From: an uncultured bacterium
GTDB taxonomy: Bacteria > Hydrogenedentota > Hydrogenedentia > Hydrogenedentales > JAEUWI01
Length of the DNA stretch: 10,400 nucleotides
Reading direction: 5' to 3'
Assembly (NCBI GenBank): GCA_963977445.1
Contig: CAXBPH010000248.1
Location: 1-10,400, forward strand
The translations under genes and the position numbers were made by a program. Shown here piece after piece: positions 1-7,435 of the stretch. Each line of letters begins with the position of its first letter. Within the stretch, counting starts at the first letter, position 1. Under the pieces are notes generated by a model. That model had not been told where the DNA came from. It saw only the letters and a program-made list of their open reading frames with translations, and ran no database searches.

Positions 1-805
1 TCTCTCCTTCGAAATGGTTCGGGCCCTGGTGCGACGCTTGCCTGTCATGATTGCGGTCGCCTTCGGCTTTGATGGGGGTGCCGAAGTGAATCGTACAGTG
101 GATGCCGCGAAAGCCGAGAAAGCGGAGAATGTGGGGTACCATGGGGTGGTCGCGCCAAAAGGCGATGTCGTGTTCGAGGGTAATTGCGGGGTCATCGGCA
201 TGCCAGGTGATACATACGGGGACGACATCTACGGCACCGTCGAGCGCAGGCTGAAGCAGAGGGCCACGAAAGGGCAGTATGTCGCCGCCGCCGGAGGAGG
301 TGCCTTCCAGAAAGACGCAAACGTTATAGCCATCATGGATGCGTTGTGCGATGGCCTGGTTGGTGGCCTTCAGACAGCGGATATCGTCGCGGTCCACGGT
401 GAGGTTGCGGGAGAAGCGGAATAGCCAGCTGAAGAGGGGCCAGCGGAGGACGTCGGCCTTGGATACAAACCAGACCCGCAGGGCGACGGGAAGCACGGCG
501 ATGTCGGCGTAGGTAATGTGGTTGGGGGCGATGAAAGAGCCCTTTTCTGGCGGCGTGCCTTCTACGGTTACGTCGACGTCGATGGCCCGTGCCATGGCGG
601 CGAGCCAGTCCTGGGTGCCGCGATAGAGGAGGTCAACCCGTTCCGCTTCGGTCTTATAGCGAAACTGGCCGAAATAGTAGGGGGGGACGACACGCAGGGT
701 GCCCCAGAGCATGCGTGCCATGCGCCAGAGGCTCAGCCAGATATTGGAATGGGCGCGGTCTGTGGGTAGTTCAGAACGATCAGAATTCGGGGTATTCAAG
801 GTCAC
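1..805 (-). CDS. Lysophospholipid / 1-acyl-sn-glycerol-3-phosphate acyltransferase family protein (PlsC/OlsA-like), 3'-truncated by the window edge
   Basis: I translated this by hand; it is not in the ORF track because no stop lies inside the window. The frame is open from GTG 805-803 (GTGA overlap with the upstream TGA) to base 2. It contains the catalytic HX4D block I NHITYAD (503-523), FVSKADVLRWPLF, the block III FLEGTSS (FLEGT at 299-313) and LPFRG...VVPV. TTG at 799 is an alternative start. Confidence 0.9.
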   Translation of the reverse strand, partial: MTLNTPNSDRSELPTDRAHSNIWLSLWRMARMLWGTLRVVPPYYFGQFRYKTEAERVDLLYRGTQDWLAAMARAIDVDVTVEGTPPEKGSFIAPNHITYADIAVLPVALRVWFVSKADVLRWPLFSWLFRFSRNLTVDRDDIRCLKATNQAIAQRIHDGYNVCVFLEGTSSGGGDILPFRGPLLQPALDGAVDVVPVCITWHADDPAITLEHDIAFWRDHPMVPHILRFLGFRGIHCTIHFGTPIKAEGDRNHDRQASHQGPNHFEGE

Positions 806-1644
806 TTCAATAAATCCAACTGCGACAATTTTACCTGCCGACCATCCATAAAGGTGAGGAAATCGACGGTGCCGAATTCCCGGTCGATGGCGGGCTCCGA
901 AATAATGTGGGCGCAAAGCATCAGGTAGATACGGAAGAGTTTGGGGAGCTTCAAGGCGGGCCCCAGGTCTGGCGCATCGAGCCGCGTTGCGCTGCCGCAA
1001 CTATAGTGGGGCTGTGCAGGCAGATACAACTCGGGGTGCATATGGTTCTTATCGCGTAGGGTCTTTAAGGCCCGCCAGCCGTCATCCGGATCGGTGGTGG
1101 TGATGGAGCAGCAACCCATAAGGTAGTGCAGTCCGTATAGATTCATGAAGTGACCCAGGCCGCTCCACAACGTCAAGAGGGCGTCCATGGCGCGGTGTTC
1201 CTGCGAAAGACAGGCCCGTCCCAGTTCCACCGTTTCCTTCATATAGGGTGCCAACGCGCCGAGGTCATATTCCTGTGCCGAGTAGAGGCCTTTGTGACGG
1301 AGAGCATGGGAGGCCGCCTGAATGCGGTAGGTGCCCACAATTTGTTGGCTTGCCGCGCACAACAACACGAGATGGGTCATCTGTTGGTCGTAGGGATCCT
1401 GATCAAGGCCCGAAAGGGCACCGTCGGCCAGGCCTTCACCGAGTTCCACGTTGAACACAAGATAGCGTAAGCGCAGGACTTGGTCGATGGCGGCTTTAGA
1501 TACGGCGAAGCCCACCTGATATTTCCCCTGAGGCACATTGGGGATCAGCAGGATGTCCGTATCTTCCCGTTCTATATTCAATTCTTCCTTTGCACGAAAA
1601 GGCGCGGTGCGCAGGCGATGTTGCGTCGACAGCATCATATCCAT
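802..1644 (-). CDS. GNAT-family N-acyltransferase, OlsB / Acetyltransf_5-like (ornithine/amino-acid N-acyltransferase type)
   Basis: Motifs RLRYLVFNVELGEG, DQDPYD..THL, VGTYR, LYSAQEYDL, VELGRAC....HR, LWSGL, YLMGCCS and LPKLFRIY...EPAIDREFGTVDF match the OlsB-like pattern. SD-like GAGGA upstream. It is coupled to a PlsC-type gene, as in olsBA operons. The start could be any of three nearby ATGs. Confidence 0.88.
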   Translation of the reverse strand: MDMMLSTQHRLRTAPFRAKEELNIEREDTDILLIPNVPQGKYQVGFAVSKAAIDQVLRLRYLVFNVELGEGLADGALSGLDQDPYDQQMTHLVLLCAASQQIVGTYRIQAASHALRHKGLYSAQEYDLGALAPYMKETVELGRACLSQEHRAMDALLTLWSGLGHFMNLYGLHYLMGCCSITTTDPDDGWRALKTLRDKNHMHPELYLPAQPHYSCGSATRLDAPDLGPALKLPKLFRIYLMLCAHIISEPAIDREFGTVDFLTFMDGRQVKLSQLDLLK

Positions 1645-1669
1645 GAAGATTTCCTCAGCCCGACCCGAG

Positions 1670-3313
1670 TCAACGGGTGATTGGATAATCCCGGGACAGT
1701 CGTCGGTAGGCCAGGCAGTCTCTCAAGAGCCGAATGGGCCCCAATGCCTTGTAGCCCCGACGGCGGTTTTGGGCACCGATTTGAAACAGTATAGTAAATT
1801 GTTGGAACAAAGTCTTGTAGGCATCGCGCAAGCGGGTATCCCCATCCCAAATATGGGTAGACTCTGCGCCAGCACCGTTAATTTCTACAATCTGGAAATT
1901 TTTCCCGCGCCGGAAGCTCTCTTCGTCGCTAAACCGGATGTCGAAACGTCCGAAATAGAATTTCGGTAAGGCACGGGAGATTTCGTCGATACGCGCTTCG
2001 ATTTCGGGGGTAATTATGTCCCGTCCATTTTTGAAAATGGCCCCGCCCGCGTGGGAGCCGGAAAAAACCAGGGCGTATTCTTCACCAACGTTTAAGACAT
2101 GGTCCAGGCGTTCTTCATGACGGGGAAAATAGATGTGTTTCAGGAGCCGGGCACGGGGATCGGCCCCAATATGTTGGGCGATGGTCTGGGTGCCGTCGCC
2201 TGTCACGGTCGGGAAATATTTCCGGGTGACGGAGTAGATGTGGCCCGTTTCCTCCTCGGGAAGGCGGTAGTAGAGGATGCCGACTTCATTTTCGAAGGGC
2301 ACCCGCTGCTGGAGTTGTATGTCGTGACCCAGCGGAAAGGCCCCGAGGTATTCGGCGAGTTCCTCCCGCGAATCTACTGGCTGCACGCCATTCCCGCGCT
2401 GCCCCTTGTCCGGCTTGGCCACGATGGGGTAGGAAATACCAGCCGCTTTCATGGCGGCTTCGGCCTTATCCACATCTTCCGGGCTATCGTGCCGAAAGGG
2501 AGCGTGGGGTGCGAAGTGCTCACGTTGGGATTTCGGTACCTGCGCCAGAATGTCATTCTTGGATTCGAAAATCAGGCCACCCGCATAGATGTTGGGATTG
2601 GCGACGGTGGGCAGGGTGAAACTCAGGTGGCGCAGGGAGAGCCAGGCATACCAGAGGCTCACCGGAAAATAGAACATGAAGGGTGGCCAGAACTCGAAGA
2701 ATGAAACGGGGGATACTTCTTCCTCTTCCGTCGACGGAGGGGCCATTTTATTCTTGGCAAGGCGCTGGGCAATCAGGATGATGACCAGCAGCAGTATGGC
2801 AACGGGCCAGCGATAGCGCCCCAGCATAGGGAGGACCCGCTCCCCGAAGTAAATGGACGCGGTGAGCAGGGTAAGGGTCCAGATTAAGGTAGCCCCTATG
2901 GTGGAGCAGAGAAAACGGAGTGGCGACGCGCGAAGAAGACCGGCACCGATAAAGGTGGGTAGACGCATGCCCGGAACAAAGCGGGAAAGTAACACGGCCA
3001 TCACCAGATTGCCATCGAACCAGATGCGTGCCTTTTTGACCTGCGTTTCACGGAGGAGACCCCATCGTATTGTTTGTGGGCCCATAAACCGCCCCATGCC
3101 ATATAAACCCATATCGCCGACGGCAACGCCGAGCCATAGCGCCAGGAAGGCGGTGGGAAAGGAGAGCACCCCTTCTGCGATGAGTAGACCACATCCGATA
3201 GTCGTCGGATCTTCCAAGATAAAGGTGGAGAGCACGATTAGTGCCCCCTGAAGCCAGGGCGAGGTAACAACGCCATCGCTCAATAGGGTAAAAAGTTCAT
3301 CCACAGGTATCAT
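1670..3313 (-). CDS. Fusion of an N-terminal DedA/VTT (SNARE-associated) membrane domain and a C-terminal ATP-grasp ligase domain
   Basis: The N-terminal ~185 aa are hydrophobic and carry DedA motifs (STFILEDPT, GDMGLYGMGR, SRFVPGMRLP). After an acidic linker (STEEEEVS) come ATP-grasp motifs PIVAKPDKGQRGNGV, QQRVPFENEVGILYYR, FGRFDIR and VEINGAGAE. Confidence 0.88.
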   Translation of the reverse strand: MIPVDELFTLLSDGVVTSPWLQGALIVLSTFILEDPTTIGCGLLIAEGVLSFPTAFLALWLGVAVGDMGLYGMGRFMGPQTIRWGLLRETQVKKARIWFDGNLVMAVLLSRFVPGMRLPTFIGAGLLRASPLRFLCSTIGATLIWTLTLLTASIYFGERVLPMLGRYRWPVAILLLVIILIAQRLAKNKMAPPSTEEEEVSPVSFFEFWPPFMFYFPVSLWYAWLSLRHLSFTLPTVANPNIYAGGLIFESKNDILAQVPKSQREHFAPHAPFRHDSPEDVDKAEAAMKAAGISYPIVAKPDKGQRGNGVQPVDSREELAEYLGAFPLGHDIQLQQRVPFENEVGILYYRLPEEETGHIYSVTRKYFPTVTGDGTQTIAQHIGADPRARLLKHIYFPRHEERLDHVLNVGEEYALVFSGSHAGGAIFKNGRDIITPEIEARIDEISRALPKFYFGRFDIRFSDEESFRRGKNFQIVEINGAGAESTHIWDGDTRLRDAYKTLFQQFTILFQIGAQNRRRGYKALGPIRLLRDCLAYRRLSRDYPITR

Positions 3314-3393
3314 GTCCCGACCAGATAACGCTGGTGACGTCCCATACTACGATGTCGTTGTTGGACGGACATGCATAATAAATGAGATTTGCG

Positions 3394-4173
3394 CTAGTGG
3401 CCATGAGCTACACCAGCGTTGTTGACGGATTGAAGGAAGGCATAGGTATGTTCGAATTGGGCCCAATTCAGTTCGGCCTCGAGAACGGCACCATGACGCA
3501 CGAGCGGGGTGTCGGACGTTGGAGACAGGGTTACTTGGGTGATGCTTCGGGTGCAGGATATATCACGGGACATTAGTGGTGCGGACGATGCCATACCTTC
3601 CGGTTGATAGAGGTGGAAGGTGGGGAGGCCGTGCTGGTGTATTTCGCCTTCGTCACGCCAGTGGTTAAATGCCTGCTCACGCCAGGGCAGTACCTGCGCG
3701 GGGTCCACAAAGGACGACGTAATCATGTGCCACGGCTGGTCAGGCGATTCACTGGTACGGGCGTCGGCACCATTCCATCCAAATTGTATGCCCTCCCGGC
3801 TATCCAGGAGTAGCAGGGTAAAGGGTGGGTACCGGTCGGGGTGAAATTCGTCTCCGACCAGAAAGGCGTGGGCGTCGGCTACATTTTGAAACTGCAGTAG
3901 TAACGGGATGATTTTTCCGCGACTCTGTGTCTCCGCCGTAGGAACATAGGTGTCGTAATCCTGATAACGATTCAGCAGACAGGCGATGAGACCGTGAGGA
4001 TTGACGCCCATCCAGGTGCCTCCGGTGTCGCTATCGAGGGGGGCCAGCCAGGGGATGCCCCGATCGCCCAATTGGATTTGGGGTGATAACTCCGGCCCAC
4101 GACTACGCGCTTCGTCACGATTCATGGTCACCTGGAGTGCGGTGTCGTTGCGATACACCGTTACGGTACACAT
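3394..4173 (-). CDS. NRDE / TANGO2-family protein (Ntn-hydrolase-like fold, N-terminal Cys)
   Basis: Begins MCT and carries the eponymous NRDE motif (residues 18-21), GGTWMGVN and SRG motifs, plus YPPFTLL and ITSS. It starts 3 nt after the DinB stop. Confidence 0.9.
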   Translation of the reverse strand: MCTVTVYRNDTALQVTMNRDEARSRGPELSPQIQLGDRGIPWLAPLDSDTGGTWMGVNPHGLIACLLNRYQDYDTYVPTAETQSRGKIIPLLLQFQNVADAHAFLVGDEFHPDRYPPFTLLLLDSREGIQFGWNGADARTSESPDQPWHMITSSFVDPAQVLPWREQAFNHWRDEGEIHQHGLPTFHLYQPEGMASSAPLMSRDISCTRSITQVTLSPTSDTPLVRHGAVLEAELNWAQFEHTYAFLQSVNNAGVAHGH

Positions 4174-4176
4174 CGC

Positions 4177-4737
4177 TCAGGTCGTCACGGCATTTTGGCG
4201 ACCGACGATGTGTTGTTGTTGGTGTTCGTGGGTCGTGGTGGAATAGGCAACACCCAAGTCATCGGGTACAACGGCACCATGGAGCTCGGCCAGCATGGAA
4301 ACGATGGCGAGGTGGTGAATGGTGTGGCTCGTTAAAAACAACAGTTCACGCTGGAGTGTGCTGGAGGAACGTACCTCGGGAACATCCACGTGGGGAATCT
4401 GGCAGACAATCAACGGCGTGTCCAGGTCGGATGTATTGAGAGATTCGATCCATGCGGCAACGGGGAGCATGGCGTCGATAAAGATCTGGGGATCCTGTTC
4501 CAACAGGAGATTGCGCTCGCGGGCGTCATAGGAGACCACGCCCGATTCCATGCCGTCCATCAGGGCGGTCAGGTGCTCATAGCAATGGCGGAGGTGGGGC
4601 CCGATGCCATTGCGATTCCTCCACCGCTCGCCATACTGCTTCGGCGTAAGCGCCCGGGCAACGGCCAGCAGGCGCCTGCATGATTCCGAACACCCCTGGA
4701 TTACGGCGTCCACGCTGTCGTTCGATGGATTCATCAT
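4177..4737 (-). CDS. DinB/YfiT-superfamily four-helix metalloprotein
   Basis: Motifs GIGPHLRHCYEH, YDARER and RELLFLTSHTIHHLA give the His triad typical of DinB-like proteins. The length (186 aa) fits. Confidence 0.85.
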   Translation of the reverse strand: MMNPSNDSVDAVIQGCSESCRRLLAVARALTPKQYGERWRNRNGIGPHLRHCYEHLTALMDGMESGVVSYDARERNLLLEQDPQIFIDAMLPVAAWIESLNTSDLDTPLIVCQIPHVDVPEVRSSSTLQRELLFLTSHTIHHLAIVSMLAELHGAVVPDDLGVAYSTTTHEHQQQHIVGRQNAVTT

Positions 4738-4798
4738 GGTCCCTATGAATTCGTAATGCTATACAAATATGTCAGTGTGTGTTGGGTTGGGGCACTAT

Positions 4799-6661
4799 CT
4801 AATCGACTTGTCGGGGCTCATCTGCATAATTATGCAGGCTTTCCACGCGAATATAGTCGAACCCATTTTCCCGATACAGCGTCCCGGCGACCCGAACTTG
4901 CAGCCCAGCGAGGACCACGTCGTACTGTAGCGCTTCTCCCGCCGGTCCGGTCAAGAGGATGGCGGTATCGTGATCCCCTGATTTTACGAGAATAGACGGC
5001 GGAATACCACCCGAGAGGCAACGAATCGCGCAGGCACGATGAACTTTTCCCGTGGCCGGTCGCATAACGCCGAGAAAACACTTCGTATCGACCAGTTCAC
5101 CCACGAGATTAACGGGCCCCAGTTCGATGGTTTTTGGACGTCTTTCATGGGCGTTTGGCGCGCTCAGCACCTCGGGAATGGCGGTGTCGGCCACTTCCAG
5201 CATGACTATTTCGTCCCGATAGACAAGACTGCCCGCGATTTGGACCCGTTGGCCATCGATTTTAGCCCAACTTTCGGGAATTCCAAACTTTCCGGGGCTG
5301 CAGAGGAGGATATTCTGGCCGGGGACGCCTTTTTCAATGCTTTTGGGGGCGATATATAGGGCAGGCACGGGGGCTTCGTAAAATACCCCTTCGAGTGCAT
5401 AGTGGCTGCCAAATTCGAAGCGGCCATAGTCAAAACCGGACTGGGCCGCCGCCGCCAGGGCCATGAGCAGGGGACAGGCCATCAGGAGGAAGAGTCCGGT
5501 GGCATTCAGGGCGACTTGTATGCCCGGAGGCGCCGATTTCAGGTAGCCAATGTAGAATTCTTCCCGTGGGGTGCCCCCATGCTCCAGGGAGGCTGAAGTG
5601 TCTGCGACGGATACGCCTTCGGCTACGGTGCCCCGTGGGTTGGCCACAGGATTCACAAAAACCCGTCCAGCGCGCAGTTCCACGGGATAGGTGGGGATGT
5701 GTTCGTTGAAGGGGGGCGGACTATCGCCGGTTTCGGGTTTATATTGCCAGCCGTGCCAGGGGCAGGTAACACAGCCATCGAGGAGGCGTCCTTCCCCGAT
5801 GGGGCCCCCCTGGTGTCTGCAGACACCGGAGAGGGCGAAAATACGTCCTTCGGAGCGATAGAGGGCCACTTTTCGTTTGCCCAGCCGGACGGCGGTACCC
5901 CAACCTTCCCGGACCGAATCTATGGCGCAGGCATCCAGAAATCCGTCTTCAGGCTGGGGCTTGGCCGGGCTTGCGTCGTCGCGGCGGCCCCGGAAGGAGG
6001 CGAGGAGGTGGAGGATTACCACGAGGAAGAATCCGGTGTAAATAAAGAGGGGATAGACGATGCTCAATTCTGACTGCAGGAAGCCCAGGCTTACGTGAAC
6101 CAACAGGGCACCGTAGGCGACATAGACCAGCATGTGGAGGAGTTTCCAGGTCGACGCCCCCAGGAGGCGAAGCCAGAAGTCGTGGCTGGTAACGGCCATG
6201 AGGTAGAGGATGACGAGGGCCAGGGCACCGAAGGGCTCGAAAGGGATGTTGCGAATGCCGGAGAAATCAGTGAAGACCTTCTGAATGTCCGCAGCGTAAC
6301 TCGTAAAAACGCTAATCAATGGAAAGGTGTCGCCCAACACGTGGTGTTGGATAATGGCGATGGCAGCGTGGACACTTGCAACCAGAAATATGGTAACCCC
6401 GAGATGACGTCGGTTGTAGAGCAGGGGTAAAAATCGGGGACTCAGGCGGGCGAGGGGTCCGATGCACAAAACAATCTGGATAAGAAAGAGGGCGAGAAAG
6501 GCCGTGCCCCGCATGATAAGGGTTTCTACCGTGGCTTCGGGATAGAGCACAACGGTAAGTGCCGAAAAGGTGGCCAGGGCCGAAAGGGCGAGGGCAAGTA
6601 TGACGCCGTCGTAGATGCGCTTCTGCCGATTCCAATGGACTGCGTGGTAGGTCGTGCTCAT
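4799..6661 (-). CDS. Three-part redox fusion: ferric-reductase-like (MsrQ-type) transmembrane domain + Rieske [2Fe-2S] domain + TM-anchored C-terminal Cys/His domain of unknown function
   Basis: Residues ~15-222 form about six hydrophobic helices with NRRHLG, H98, WKLLH176MLVY and H189. The Rieske ligands are C281-x-H283 and C300-P-W-H303. EEFYIGY (367) is followed by a TM helix and a domain with GELVDTKC528...H541RAC544AIRC548LSGGIPP. SD AAGGAG; ATGA overlap with the upstream gene. Confidence 0.85.
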   Translation of the reverse strand: MSTTYHAVHWNRQKRIYDGVILALALSALATFSALTVVLYPEATVETLIMRGTAFLALFLIQIVLCIGPLARLSPRFLPLLYNRRHLGVTIFLVASVHAAIAIIQHHVLGDTFPLISVFTSYAADIQKVFTDFSGIRNIPFEPFGALALVILYLMAVTSHDFWLRLLGASTWKLLHMLVYVAYGALLVHVSLGFLQSELSIVYPLFIYTGFFLVVILHLLASFRGRRDDASPAKPQPEDGFLDACAIDSVREGWGTAVRLGKRKVALYRSEGRIFALSGVCRHQGGPIGEGRLLDGCVTCPWHGWQYKPETGDSPPPFNEHIPTYPVELRAGRVFVNPVANPRGTVAEGVSVADTSASLEHGGTPREEFYIGYLKSAPPGIQVALNATGLFLLMACPLLMALAAAAQSGFDYGRFEFGSHYALEGVFYEAPVPALYIAPKSIEKGVPGQNILLCSPGKFGIPESWAKIDGQRVQIAGSLVYRDEIVMLEVADTAIPEVLSAPNAHERRPKTIELGPVNLVGELVDTKCFLGVMRPATGKVHRACAIRCLSGGIPPSILVKSGDHDTAILLTGPAGEALQYDVVLAGLQVRVAGTLYRENGFDYIRVESLHNYADEPRQVD

Positions 6662-7392
6662 GGTTGGGCTCCTTTGCCCGACTCCGGCACGGGAACCGCT
6701 TCGATTTCATGGCTGCTAAAGGAGTAGGTGACCCAGAAACCCGAAGTCTCCATCTCGGGCCGGGAAAAGGTGACCCAGGCAGGCTCGGGGCCCGCAATGA
6801 TGCCCAGGAAAACGGCATTTGGAGACAGGGCGGCGTCGTCGCCGAGGGATTGTGACCAATACAGCGCTACCGGCACCGTGGCGGTGGCGTCGTGAAAGCG
6901 AAAGACCAGGCCATAGTCATGCATGCCCTGGCGGCCGAGCAATACGTCAGCGGGTATGGAGGAGAAAAGGGGGCCATAGGAGGCGCTCGTCTGGCTCCCG
7001 TCGGGGATGGCCGTCGCCGCACGAACCTGCTGCGTGGGGGGGACATCTTCTCCCCGATAGGCCAATGCAGTGACCATAACCAGCGGGCCGAAAACAGCGA
7101 GGAAAAGCCAGGCCAGCTGGTGCAATCGTCGTTGTCCGTAGGGGCCGAGGGGCTTTTCGAGGGCACCCGAACGCTCCCGATTTGGGGCGGTACGACGTCC
7201 GCGAAGGAGAAGGAGGGGCCAGAACGTGATGATTCCGGGGGAAAGGAGTGCGCGAAAGCCGAGTCCGGCGTTTGTGCAGGCCTTGTCGATGCGGGGCAAT
7301 ACGCTACGGTGAATGGGGACGAGGAGCACCACGCCAACGCATAAGTAGAGCGCGACGACCCCGAAGATCAACTGCAATGCTGATGCCAGCAT
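6658..7392 (-). CDS. Hypothetical membrane protein (about three hydrophobic segments plus a C-terminal soluble domain)
   Basis: 244-aa ORF co-oriented with its neighbours. SD GGGAG sits 7 nt before the ATG, and the stop overlaps the next start (ATGA). Hydrophobic segments at ~5-27, ~45-62 and ~93-111. I recognise no named family. Confidence 0.75.
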   Translation of the reverse strand: MLASALQLIFGVVALYLCVGVVLLVPIHRSVLPRIDKACTNAGLGFRALLSPGIITFWPLLLLRGRRTAPNRERSGALEKPLGPYGQRRLHQLAWLFLAVFGPLVMVTALAYRGEDVPPTQQVRAATAIPDGSQTSASYGPLFSSIPADVLLGRQGMHDYGLVFRFHDATATVPVALYWSQSLGDDAALSPNAVFLGIIAGPEPAWVTFSRPEMETSGFWVTYSFSSHEIEAVPVPESGKGAQP

Positions 7393-7435
7393 GAATGTAC
7401 TCCCGTCTCAACCGGTTTCGCACCCATGCGCGTGA

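Noticed and set aside
1..60. Polar, atypical-looking tail of the acyltransferase (DRNHDRQASHQGPNHFEGE), possibly a frameshift or chimeric edge
   Set aside because: C-termini in this family are variable and the frame stays open. It cannot be judged without the flanking sequence.
14..813. Plus-strand ORFs 14-424, 518-769 and 589-813
   Set aside because: They overlap the minus-strand acyltransferase, which has clear catalytic motifs.
1670..2700. Calling the ATP-grasp domain ddl (D-Ala-D-Ala ligase) or cyanophycin synthetase
   Set aside because: Only generic ATP-grasp motifs are present. The Ddl N-terminal GGxSxE motif and the CphA Mur-ligase domain are absent.
4738..4798. AT-richer spacer before the DinB gene as an internal promoter or terminator
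   Set aside because: Only weak -10-like hexamers (TAGCAT) with no properly spaced -35, and no stem-U-tract. An internal promoter is possible but unsupported.
6312..7337. Alternative minus-strand ORFs 6312-6818 and 6867-7337
   Set aside because: These are Pro/Arg/Ser-rich off-frame translations overlapping genes that have SD sites and coupled start/stop junctions.
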